Source: Tubiluchus corallicola (lineage: Eukaryota > Animalia > Priapulida). Taken from it: a stretch of 43,672 nucleotides of DNA. The notes beneath the pieces are model-generated. The model worked only from the letters and a program-made list of their open reading frames with translations, was not told the origin of the DNA and did no database searches. Positions 23,712 to 34,705 of the stretch are shown here, in pieces. Made by a program: the position numbers and the translations under genes. Where the stretch lies: positions 1 through 43,672 of the forward strand of contig JAQGDQ010000936.1 in NCBI GenBank assembly GCA_030141605.1. Direction: 5' to 3'. The stretch's first letter is position 1; the number at the start of each line of letters is the position of its first letter.

Positions 23712-24101
23712 CACGCACACACACACATTCACACTCACACAAATAAGCACACATTTCTATTTAGAAACCAATTTTCTCAAAAATCATAATACTAATCCAT
23801 AATATGCATTCATTTTATAAGAGCACAGAACAATCAACTAAACATATGTTTCATCAACGATCTACAAGTGATTTTGCATGGGAACATGCCATTGATTGGC
23901 TGGTTAGCGTTACTTGCTGCAAAGCAACTCCAATCCCACGGCTGTTAAACTTTTCTACAATGTTTTTGCATGGACATAACAGTGAAGTAGACAGACCTGG
24001 GTGACTGAGCTTAGTGCTGAGCTTGGGCATCAGTCTACCACCTTCTGCCCCTTGCATGAAAAGCATAGGCGGCATTGTACCGCCATCTGTAGTGGTAAGG
24101 G
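23484..24101 (+). mobile_element. piggyBac-like non-autonomous element with internal (CA)n
   Basis: TTAA on both sides; termini ccctttt-gctac...gtagtggtaaggg. Confidence 0.75.
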
Positions 24102-24768
24102 TTAATTTAACATTTAAATAACTAAAATTACAGCATCGCCCGAGTTTAAACTGGTAGCTGCTGCACATTTTTTAATAAGTCCACGGGAACTGACTCATAT
24201 CCAGATACCAAATTTGTATATTGAACATGTATATTAATTTGTCTAGCAGATGATGAGTAATGGAAGGTGGTTTATTAGAGCCATTTTGTTCCTGCCATTT
24301 TGCAGGCCTGTAATAAATGAGTTTGACGTTATGATAGGAGGGGGCAGTATAACAAGGTTTGACTGTATATATCCTACATAAAAAATTGCAGCTGGTTTCA
24401 AAAAGTGCATAAGGGTTGAACACACTCAAACAATGAAGAACAGGAAAGTAATTCATTCATATGTGCAAAATGGAATCAACAACAACCATGCTGTTAATCA
24501 AGAACCATTCAGATTCCAGAAAACAATACATAGTAGTTTTCTCAAAATGCTGACACAAAACACAATTCATTGTATTGCATTGCATTATATTACATACTGT
24601 GTTATGTTGTACTGTCTGGGGTGCACCAAAAACTCAGCAGTAGTAAATTTGTATATTTAGTAATGTAAAAATTTTGTTTTAGTATGCTGTCGTTTACTTT
24701 GCTTATAAACAAACTAATATTTTTGCTCTACAGCATTATAAGGAAAAATGTTACAAAATTAAACTCAC

Positions 24769-24857
24769 CAATAAGTTAAACGCTAGTTTAAACTTCTGGA
24801 ATATGTCAACAAATTCATGTTCTGGGGGTGGACGGGCTCGAATTGCCAGCATGCCAT
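24769..24857 (-). CDS. EPS8: EPS8-like exon 10 ([30 protein letters not shown])
   Basis: Acceptor ttgcag, donor gtgag; 89 nt, phase 1 to 0; conserved RA.PP...EF.D.FQKFK..FNLL. Confidence 0.95.
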
Positions 24858-25020
24858 CTGCAATAGAACAAAAACGTTAACTAACGCTATAATAAAACAA
24901 CCAAATATCATATGAGTATTCAAAAAGCATCTCTATCCCATTCAAAAACACAAAGACCAAAAAAGGTATCCCGAAAAGGGTAATGGCACTCTTATATAAT
25001 ATTTTTTATGTATTTTATTG

Positions 25021-25138
25021 AATGCATGTGTTAAAATAAAGCTTTCAAGAAATTTCAGCACATACTTATTCCTATGTATTAATGCGTGTGTTAAAATAAA
25101 GCTTTCAAGAAATTCCAGCACATACTTATTCCTATGTA
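25021..25138. repeat. 60-bp tandem duplication
   Basis: 25021-25080 is nearly identical to 25081-25138. Confidence 0.9.
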
Positions 25139-26258
25139 GTAAACGTATTAATTTCTGTGTTTGAGTATGGCTTATTTATGAGGTTTTGATCAGTGGCGGC
25201 TTAGTGGACTTGCAGCTCTCCAATTTGCACTCAATATTATCAATAATATTTAATATAATAAATCTTTTTTCCTTTGTTCTTTCTTTACTTGTACTTGTTT
25301 TGTACTTGTACGGCACCAGAGCACGTAAGGGAAGTACTGTTTGCTTCACAGTCCAGCACAGTGGTGTGTTTGGCTGTTGTGCGCATGCGGCCAATGTCTG
25401 AGATAAAGCCTTGCATTTTAGGTAGAGAAAGTACTGTCACTCACGCAGTGTGTGCTGTCGTTTGTCACGTGCTTAAAAGCCGTGTACTGGCATATTCTTG
25501 AACTGCGACAATTTAGGCTATTCGTAACCAAACAATATTTTTTGTTTAGGAGTTTATCAAGTTTATGTATAAATTTTGGTATGTTTGTTTGTTTAAAGTT
25601 ACAATTACAAATTACAACATCAAAATTACATAAACAGAGGCTAAACATTTTGTGAAGCGTTGCACCCAGTAATTTTAGCGACAGGCCACCACTGATTCCG
25701 CTGTTATTATTTTCTGCTTTTTCCGACTATTTAGAAATACGAGTGTCTCATTCCGGGACAAACTTACCGATTAACTTCTGCCCCCAACAATCAACAGTAA
25801 CTTTGATGTGTAATCACTTAGAAAGCAGGGTTCTCGCAGAATTTTAATACAAATTTCCCTGACTTTTGCCAGTATACACACATTTAAACATTTTTGTGCG
25901 TGGACATTCATACTTGTACTGGTATATAAGGTGTCGGCCAATCATTATTTTTGGAACAGAAATCAAACTGGAAACCTGCCATAGCAAAATTTTATTTGAA
26001 CACGAATATATACATATTCATGAAGACATTCATGAAGATATACATTGAACATGAAAAATATGCATGTAAAAATGTCAATTCACAGTGATTATTTTTGTAA
26101 CCCTTTCCAATTTCCCTGACTTTTTGCCCCATTTTCATCACCTTCCCTGACTTTTCATCAAATTATCTTTTTCTCTAAGTTTTCCATAACTTTCCAGAAT
26201 AGCCTGGATTATCAAAGATTTTCCCCGACCGTGAAAACTCTGAGAAAGTCAAGCGTAC

Positions 26259-26385
26259 CTCCATGCCCTTTCTTCTTGCTCTTTCGAGTTCGGCGACGTC
26301 GTTCCAGCTCTCTGTAGGCAGCACTGGCTTGTTGCAATTTGGCAATAAATCGCTCAATGTCGTCGAAGCAATGATTCAACATCAT
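26259..26385 (-). CDS. EPS8: EPS8-like exon 9 (MMLNHCFDDIERFIAKLQQASAAYRELERRRRTRKSKKKGHG)
   Basis: Acceptor cattccag, donor gtacgc; 127 nt, phase 0 to 1; conserved LNH.FDDIE.F...LQ and a basic stretch. Confidence 0.95.
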
Positions 26386-26534
26386 CTGGAATGGATTGCA
26401 GGATTAACACATTGCCCTGCTGACAAACAGCAAGTAGATGCGCATTACTGTTCTAAATGTAGAGACTTTGTCAGCAGTTGTGGCATTCTTGCATATTGAG
26501 TGCATGTTAGACTGTCTGGTTGCTTGTGTTAAAC

Positions 26535-27189
26535 CAGTGGTTCCTAACCTTTTACTAACCAAGTAACCTATAGAAATTCTGCCGTGTACCCCTTAATATT
26601 TTTTAGTAATATGAGTTTCAAGAAAACATTTTTTACTACTATGACTTAGCTAAATAAGTGCAATTTAATTATACAAGGAAAACCCGATACACGAAACACC
26701 AAATTCGAGAACAAACTGCAAGAAAAAAGACGATCGGATGTCAAATCAGAAGACGAACTTGCAGTCGAACTGTGAAGTAGCCTCAATGGCCACCTCGTTA
26801 ACGCGGGCTTTTCCAAAAACCGCCAACCTCCCCTAAGCCCATCCACCAACGCATTTGCTGTGCTAAACGTCTATTTTACATAATAAATTAACCCGGTTAC
26901 GATGCGAGGCAGTGCACAGTGAATTACCTGAAAAATACCATTGTGTTGCAAAAATAATGACCTTTTGAAACACAACCAATCATGACATTTAAGGATTAAA
27001 ATCTTGCATCACACTCTTTCCTCGCACCATGAGGCCGTTACTCCTATAAAATTCATACTCCGTATGTGTAGTGCGCTGCACAGCAAACAAGAACATTCTG
27101 ACGTGCTACCCGACGCAACTTTCGCATACCCCTGGCTTAGCTGTTTCGTACCCCAAAGAGGTACTCAAACACCAGGTTAGGAACCACTA
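26535..27189. mobile_element. hAT-like MITE
   Basis: TIR cagtggttcctaacct...aggttaggaaccacta; degenerate 8-bp TSD tgttaaac / tattaaat. Confidence 0.75.
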
Positions 27190-27536
27190 TATTAAATAGG
27201 TCATAAACATTTATATTTAACACCCTAAAGCACAATACAGAAAAAAGAGATACGTCATTGTCTATTTAATGCAAAATGCTTCGGACTTCATTGATTTGTG
27301 GCTTCAGAAAAAGAAATTGCCATTACTAACTATAGATGGACAACACACAAGTATAAATAACTATCCATTACTTTTTGTAAACAAACTTATATCTTGACTT
27401 AAGGTGTCAAATGATTATTATAACCATAAGACTATAGTAATGTATAACATGTGTACACTCTAAATAACAGACGTATGAAAAACTGTTATATTTATCATAA
27501 ATTCCTAATTTTTAACACGGGAATTTCAACACTTAC

Positions 27537-27643
27537 CACATCTCTTTCGGTATTTTCACTAGAAATGGAATCGTTGTCCCAATCACGCACTGAATAACGC
27601 ACATCGGCCGCACTGCCACCTTGCATTCGCGATTGCTGGGCGG
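27537..27643 (-). CDS. EPS8: EPS8-like exon 8 (AAQQSRMQGGSAADVRYSVRDWDNDSISSENTERDV)
   Basis: Acceptor gtttag, donor gtaagt; 107 nt, phase 1 to 0; ERDV directly precedes the LNH motif, as in EPS8. Confidence 0.88.
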
Positions 27644-27793
27644 CTAAACCAAAAAGTTTTTATCGTTAGACATTAATTTTAAACTATGGGTTAACTTAAT
27701 TAGTCCAAAAACTGGAAAGAAATGTTAATATGGCTTAAAATAAAGCATCGTGCAGTTCAGAAAAATTGCCAGGCAATGAATCAAAACAACAGA

Positions 27794-28249
27794 CACTCAT
27801 ATCTCGGTTTGCCGGGCCTCACTTCTATGAATATCGGAAAAATAGGGCAAAATCTAGGCAGTTAAAAGTCCTGCATACTACGGACATAGTCTGTTGTTTT
27901 GATAGCTGACCACTAGTTGGCAGGCCATCACTTTGTTTACACCATTACATCAATGTAACCAAGCAGGGTGTAAGACACGAGTGCGACGTGTTATTTCTAT
28001 GTATACTGTACCACACAAAACCATTATGCGGAGTTAAATATTTGAGTCAATTGCTGACAGTTTTTATACAGTTTTGCATAAAAGCAACCCGTACTAGACA
28101 TTTTTGAGACAATTAGGCAATTTATTCTACATTACCGTGAGTCTAATACACGGTGCCTACTGCATTAGCTTAGTATCGGTAAATACGGACAATCGGCAAA
28201 TTTGGACCGACGTTTCCCCGCTTTTGTCCGGCAAACCGAGATATGAGTG
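27794..28249 (+). mobile_element. MITE family E copy 1
   Basis: Perfect 22-bp TIR cactcatatctcggtttgccgg...ccggcaaaccgagatatgagtg. Confidence 0.85.
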
Positions 28250-28320
28250 TACATCTGACTCTTTTACGACCAGTTGACTTACATATAAAAAAATTAATAA
28301 ATAAAAATCAATACAGCAAC

Positions 28321-28462
28321 CTGAATACACAGATCCATTATAGCCCACAGCCACTTCAGGCGGTGGAACTTGAGGGACGGGCATCGGAATTGGCATCGGT
28401 TTGCGTCCCTTCAATCCTTTACCAGCTTTCAACCTTCTAATTTCATCCACAATGTCTTGAGC
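28321..28462 (-). CDS. EPS8: EPS8-like exon 7: PTB end and Pro-rich segment (AQDIVDEIRRLKAGKGLKGRKPMPIPMPVPQVPPPEVAVGYNGSVYS)
   Basis: Acceptor ttcattag, donor gttgct; 142 nt, phase 0 to 1. Confidence 0.85.
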
Positions 28463-28999
28463 CTAATGAAAAAGTTATAGATCAGTAGGCAACGTAGAGC
28501 ATTACTTTTTATTTAAAACTACAGCGATCGAAAATCAATAAACTAATGAATAGTTTGTTATCCATTATTCATTATTCAAACCCCGGGCGGCGCCATTTCA
28601 GCTGAGCTCCAGCCAGTTTATTTCTACAGCTGACCTTCATCGACAGCTCGATGAGAAACCCGGCTTTAGCCGCTCAGTGATGGGAGTCGAGCTAGCCGAC
28701 ATTTTTGCCAGCTGCAAAGATTTTTGCTCTTGCGATAATCACGTGACACTGCAAATCACTGGTTGAAATATGGCAAACGCATTGCGGATTCGCGGTCAGA
28801 TCGTGCGTGTGCTGGCAGTGACACTAAACTTTAGAAATTTTTGAACGAGAAAACTTGTCAATTCAAAATTCAATACACATATAGGCAATGTAGGTCACAA
28901 AATGTTTTAGTATTGGTTCGCCAGTAATCAAGATAAGCCTTGCCAAGAGTTCGATTTAAATAATTTATTTAGTTAACAAAAATTCATAGATTTAGTTGA

Positions 29000-29470
29000 C
29001 TTAGCTGATTTTTTCTTTAAGCCAACTCAGCTGAAAAGTCAGTCAACCTCAGCCAAGCTGATTTACTGTGTGAGCCAGCTGATGTAGTAGCTACTATCTC
29101 TGCTTCAGGCGAGCTAGCTAATTTACTGTGAGAGTCAGCTGATGCAGTAGCAACTGACTCAGCTTCAGCCGAGTTAGCTGATTTACTGTGTGAGCCAGCT
29201 GATGTAGTAGCAACTGACTCAGCTTCAGCCAAGCTAGCTGATTTACTGTGTGAGTCAGCTGATGTAGTAGCAACTGACTCAGCTTCAGACTAGCTAGCTG
29301 ATTTACTGTGTGAGTCAGCTGATGTAGTAGCAACTGACTCAGCTTCAGACTAGCTAGCTGATTTACTGTGAGAGTCAGCTGATGTAGTAGCAACTGCCTC
29401 AGCTTCAGCCGAGCTAGCCTATTTACTGTGTAAGTCAGCTGATGTAGTAGCAACTGACTCAGCTTCAACC
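29000..29470. repeat. 60-bp minisatellite, about 7.5 copies, with internal hairpin
   Basis: Unit gagctagctgatttactgtgtgagtcagctgatgtagtagcaactgactcagcttcagcc. Confidence 0.95.
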
Positions 29471-29585
29471 TCTAGTAATGAAGCATAATAATGAAGGCAC
29501 ACATACTAACACAAAATCTTTCAGTAAAACACTGAATCAGGAGAGTGTGGATAACAATTAAAAACAAAAACAAAGTACAGCTTAC

Positions 29586-29756
29586 GGATATGCCAAGGCA
29601 TTGAAACACATGCATATCGCTAGGTGAATAATTTTTCTGTTTTCCGTCACCCTGTACTGTGAAGAGAAGAATGTTATTGTACATCTCTTTCGGGTTATTT
29701 GTGACAAACGCTGTAGGTTCTTGAACCAAACTGATTGGGAAGCGTTCAACTTCGTC
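29586..29756 (-). CDS. EPS8: EPS8-like exon 6: PTB domain (DEVERFPISLVQEPTAF...MYNNILLFTVQ...DMHVFQCLGIS)
   Basis: Acceptor ttttcag, donor gtaag; 171 nt, phase 0 to 0; E.FP...V, YN.IL and H.FQC motifs. Confidence 0.95.
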
Positions 29757-30039
29757 CTGAAAATGCAACACATAGGCAATGACAAAATGAATAAGAATGT
29801 GTTTTTTGGCAAAAGTAACCATTACAATGACTGAAATGATGAATTTTGACTGTTTATTTAACTGTAATTCGCAAGTTATGATCTTCAAGAAACTTTGTGT
29901 TAAGCTTAAAACGTAGATAAAGATCAAAATATATAGCACACTACATCATTTAAAATCTCAGCAAGGTGAACAATAAAATACATTAAAATTCATAAGAAAC
30001 GTAAAATTTAAGATATTAAAAATTAAATTCATCATAAAA

Positions 30040-30603
30040 AGTACGATTTAAACAAATGTGTTTTAAGAAGCTGTTGAAAATGATCTAATGAATTTCTAGA
30101 ACATATAGCAACAGGTAAGTTATTGCAGAGACGTGGATCACAGACAGAAAAAGCCTTTTCACCGCAGAATATTGTATTAGGAATTGACTGATGTAAATTA
30201 ATTTATTCATTAGCATTAGAAACGAAGCGTTCGGCCTATGTTACGGCGTATTAAAGGATCTGTAAGGTATGCCGGTGCCAAACCATGTAGTATTTTGTAG
30301 GTGATACAAAGAATTCTAAATTGAATTTGGAACTTTTTCGGCAACCAATCCAACTCTCATAGAATGAGTGTAATTGAACACATTTTGCAGTTTTCATAAT
30401 GAGAAAGACCGCAGAGTTCTGAGTTCGCAATTTTCATGTTCACCGAGTCCAAAAAGCAAATTATTGCAATAATCAAGTTTGAACATTATGAATGCATGTA
30501 TTAGTTTTTCAGTTGTTTGGTGGTTGAGAATATGTCTGATTTTTCCACTTTTCCACAAAGCCAACGATGCTGACCGACTAAGATTTGCTACATGGTTTGA
30601 CAC
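30040..30603 (-). mobile_element. Degenerate 3' fragment of an L2/CR1-group LINE
   Basis: MSNHV...GKIRHILNHQTTEKLIHAFIMFKLDYCNNLLFGL, then QFRILCITYKILHGLAPAYL after a stop: typical L2-like post-RT region. Confidence 0.8.
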
Positions 30604-30700
30604 GAGAAACTACGAAAGTAAAAACAATATTACTGAATGGACAGATTTAGTACACTCAATTATGTATACAATTAAATCAAGCATGTGTTTCATTAAAATA

Positions 30701-31197
30701 TATTCATATCTCGGTTTGCCGGACCTTGCTTTTACGGATATCGAAAAAATCGGGCAAAATCTGGACCGTTAAAAGTCCGGCATACCACGGAAACAGTCTG
30801 TTATTTCGAGAGCTGACCACTAGTTGGCAGGCCGTCACCTTGTTTATATCATTACATCAGTGAAACCACGTGTATATCTCTATATATAAAAATATAGAGA
30901 CAATTATGAGGTGTTATTTGAGTTAACTGCCGACAGTTTTTAAACACTTTTGCATAGAAGCGGCCCCTACTGGACGTGTAAGCGTCACACATGTAGCGTG
31001 TAACGTCACGCATGTAGCTTGTATGTCAGGAGCGGCCCATACTAGACGTTTTTGAGACAATTAGGCGACTTATTTTATGTTACCGTGAGTTTAATACACG
31101 ACACCTACTGTATTAACTTAGTATGGGTAAATACGAACAATTGGCAAATTTGGACCGACGTCTCAACCCTTTTGTCTGGCAAACTGAGATATGAGTG
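30701..31197 (+). mobile_element. MITE family E copy 2
   Basis: TIR tattcatatctcggtttgccgg...ctggcaaactgagatatgagtg; internal homology to copy 1. Confidence 0.85.
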
Positions 31198-31253
31198 CAT
31201 ATCAATCTTTCTGTTTTCCATAAAAAAGGGAATGAGCAAGAACTGAAGAATAC

Positions 31254-31381
31254 CTGATTCTCATGATCACAAATTACAATCAGCTTTCTCTCTAACCGCA
31301 TCAGCATTCTCTGCGTCCAGATCCCGCTGGACTTCTCCATCATTTTTAGCTTCTGCATGCCATCTGCCGGCCATAGTAAGC
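31254..31381 (-). CDS. EPS8: EPS8-like exon 5: PTB domain (GLLWPADGMQKLKMMEKSSGIWTQRMLMRLERKLIVICDHENQ)
   Basis: Acceptor ttgttag, donor gtattc; 128 nt, phase 1 to 0; DG..KL..M....IW.Q.M motif. Confidence 0.95.
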
Positions 31382-32245
31382 CTAACAAACAGAAATCCAT
31401 ATAGAAACAATCACATAGGGATGCATTGCAGCTAACAACTGTCAGTAACATACAGAGATTTCGAGATTCATAGGTAGACAAAAAAATTAACAGCACAGCA
31501 TAACAAACATAACAAAATCTAGTGAGATATACAGTGAAAAATACGAATTAATATATTAAAATAAATATCAATAACATATTACAAAATTTAAAATAAATTC
31601 TGATGGCATAAATATTTAATTGAAACCTGACAATAAGCAATTGTGTTGATAGATAATACCATTTCTTACGGTAGCGAATAGTTAAGTCTATAAATATATT
31701 ATTTTGCGTAAAACATTACGAAATATGCATACTTTAATTTATATTTCAACTGTTAACTCAGTCGAATACAAATTTACACATGAAAGCTACAATTTCGGTA
31801 TCATTAGATCCTAAAAGTAATATAAATTTGTTTTTGTTTGACATATTTTAGAAGTCTGTGTGCAAGTTATTAATTTTATTGAAAAAGGCAGACCGTAGAT
31901 GGTTATGTTTTGTGCATCATAGTAACAAGTTTCAGTATGGCGCTTCATCTTCTGTTTAATCTAAATTGCAATGTTGAAAAATTCAGTGTTGAATTAGTAT
32001 CTTAGGCGGTTTTTGGTGTCTTCCTGCTTCTATAGCTAACGTGTACGAGGATTATAATCTTACATGTGTTTTTATCTCAGAAAATTGTATTATTATAATA
32101 TGCCCAATCTAAATACGCTATATAACCATTATCTCTGCGTAGGATGTCATATACCTCCAAAAACGAGGCAAGGCAAACATGTCACAGACGAAAACTCTTA
32201 GATTCGTCTGTTTTTGAACAGACTGTAGGCAGATCTCATTCAGGT

Positions 32246-32345
32246 ATAGTGTTCCCTCACTTATCGCGGGTGTTCCGTTCCAGGCCCCACCCGTGATAAG
32301 TGAATTACCCCGAAGTAGGGACGCCATACTAGTAAATATTACTGT
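32246..32345 (+). mobile_element. Terminal fragment of a pogo/Tigger-like element
   Basis: tagtgttccctcacttatcgcgggtgttccgttccaggccccacccgtgataagtga resembles a Tigger-type terminus with an internal inverted repeat; no matching other end found. Confidence 0.45.
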
Positions 32346-33235
32346 ATGTCAATCCACTTAAATAAATAAAGTCTTATACGTAAACCAATTTATAACAGAA
32401 AAGGAGGAAGCGATACAAACTTAAATCAGCACATTGTTTATCCTTTACTCATTTAAAATTAGTTGTGTAAATAAACTGGTCGTTATGTAATATATTTTAC
32501 TCGCACTGAATTGGAGTTTAATAGTATGATAATAGAATGAATTTTAATAGAATTTTTAATAGGATGTAAATTCTATAATTCTATTCTCTAGAATTGTGGA
32601 ATTGCAATTTTCAGAGCCACTTCTCGAAGATTACTCACGAAAAGACTCAGAATAAATTCGTTTAATCCACTTAAAACAAAGTTTATATACAATCCACAAT
32701 TCAGTTATCAATTTAACTAGACTCAGTTTGTAAACTAGAAACATTGTGCAAAGCATCCTTGTCTAGGTGGGGCAAATAGCCAAATTTTGAAGGCCAAACA
32801 TTAAACGTTAATTTTCTTTTAGGCTTTTGTAACTTTATTGTACTGCATTAAAATGTACGCATTCACAAGATCAAACTGAAAAAACAGCAGTGAAAAGAGA
32901 TGAAAATACTAAAACGCTTCTCAATGTGAAACATTTCAAATGTGGCAATGACCTTGAAAACTAGAGTTCGGTCAAACTTTAACAAGTTTAAAAAAACGTT
33001 TCAAAGATTAGGCTAAAAAGGACAGTAAACTATTGAGAATCATTTACGTTGGACAAGTCATGGTCAACGGTACTAAAGGAATAGCCTATGGGCATCTCTA
33101 GCACAATCAATCAATTTGCTAATTTCCATCAGCCACGGAATCCCATTAGCATTGAAAACTGTAAAATATAAATTGGAAAGAAAATGACTTTAAGTCAGAG
33201 ACGATTTTGAGTTGGTAAATTTAGCAATGTCTTAC

Positions 33236-33322
33236 CCTGATTGTGGCCCACTCTGAACGTTGCTAGATGGTCAAGTGTGTAGGTGTACCCTTCCTCGTCC
33301 CGACTTATGTTACTCTGTTGAT
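33236..33322 (-). CDS. EPS8: EPS8-like exon 4: PTB start (DQQSNISRDEEGYTYTLDHLATFRVGHNQ)
   Basis: Acceptor ttggacag, donor gtaag; 87 nt, phase 1 to 1; Y...HL.TF motif. Confidence 0.92.
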
Positions 33323-33725
33323 CTGTCCAAATAAACATACATGTTTAGAGAATAAACGCTAATAATTAGGAAAGTGACTATTAAAAATTTTAACATTACA
33401 ATCTAAGCTTAATACAATACTGTAATAGACTGTTTTGTGACAAAATATAAATAAACTTGTGACCACACTATTCTAACTTTCCAAAAGCCAGTTAAAAATG
33501 AAAAATCTCGCAACACGCTCGTGAAATGTTTTTACTGTTCAAAATTATGTTAGTTTGTGATGTTATGAATAGTTGGGCTCCCCTGCCGTTAATTAAGTTT
33601 TTAGTCTATTATTTAATTATCAGAGACGCTTTTGCAGTATTACTGGTGCTAAAATGTATACTTTTTACTGTACTTGAAAATGGGGTAGTATATGAAAAAT
33701 CATCCTGTCTTTCTTTAACAAAATA

Positions 33726-34705
33726 CAGTGATTTCTCGGTTTGGTGGACCTGGCTTTTAGGATATCGGAAAATTCTGACAAATTCTGGTGAGTTAAAAAG
33801 TCCTGAATAACACGGACACAGTTCGTTGTTTCACAAGCTGACCGCTAGTTGGCAGGCCGTCACTTTGTTTACATCATTACATCAGTGAAACCACATCTCT
33901 ATATATAAAAATATAGAGACAATTATGAGGCGTTATTTGAGTTAACTGCCGACAGTTGTTAAACACTTTTGCATAGAAGCGCCCCCTACTGGACGTTTCA
34001 CAGACTGCCGACAGTTTTGAATCACTTTTGCATAGCAGCTGCCCCTACTGGACGTTTCACAGAAAATTAAGTGATTGATTTTATATTACCGTGAGTCTAA
34101 TACAGATTCTTTCTTGTTGGCCTCATTGGTAGGTAATTTGAATTGAGACATGTTCGTAATTTCATTCACAATTAACATTTCCACCGGGATGCCCACACTG
34201 TATCTCGACACTAGGCGGAGGAGCTGCACAAGTAGCCAACGCCTAGAGGACGGAGGAGGTCAAGTGACCCAATGGCCATGTGTAGAGGAGTAAACCTTCC
34301 AAATCACAGGAGTGGAGCCCCAAAGGTGGACCAGTGCAGCATGCACACTGACTCTGGCAGCTCCTGCTAATCTGGTGCCAAACGTATCGCTCCGCTTTCC
34401 TTTGGACTACACCAGGGAGGAAGAGAGGGGGTTCCTGTTGACTGGGCAACTCAGGATCTCCATACACCTTGCCCAGGCATGCGCCCTGGAGAGGCCATTC
34501 CAGTGGTTCAAGGATCGGACTGCTCAGCCACAGTCGACACTGCAGTTCCATCAATGTGATCAATAACTGACTCTCTTGGCGCACACTCCATTGTCTTCCG
34601 AGACAGAAGGATGCGAACAACAACAACTGTACTAGTTTAGTATCGGACAATCAGCAAATTTGGACCGACGTTTACCCGCTTTTGTCCGGCAAACCGAGAA
34701 GAGTG
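33726..34705 (+). mobile_element. MITE family E copy 3, interrupted by an insertion
   Basis: Degenerate TIRs tctcggtttggtgg...ccggcaaaccgaga; homology to copies 1 and 2 breaks at about 34104 and resumes at about 34626. Confidence 0.8.
34105..34627 (+). mobile_element. Unclassified retroposon-like insertion with (CAA)n tail nested in MITE E3
   Basis: More GC-rich segment ending aacaacaacaac; part of it recurs inverted at 38648-38731. Confidence 0.55.

Noticed and set aside
26386-26422. Upstream CAGCAG as the acceptor of exon 9
   Set aside because: It adds 31 or 34 nt and breaks the frame; the acceptor at 26386-26387 gives the conserved ERDV-xxLNH junction.
29017-29468. 60-bp array as a Ser/Ala-rich coding exon
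   Set aside because: In-frame TAG stops in some units, no convincing donor, and it would interrupt the PTB domain.
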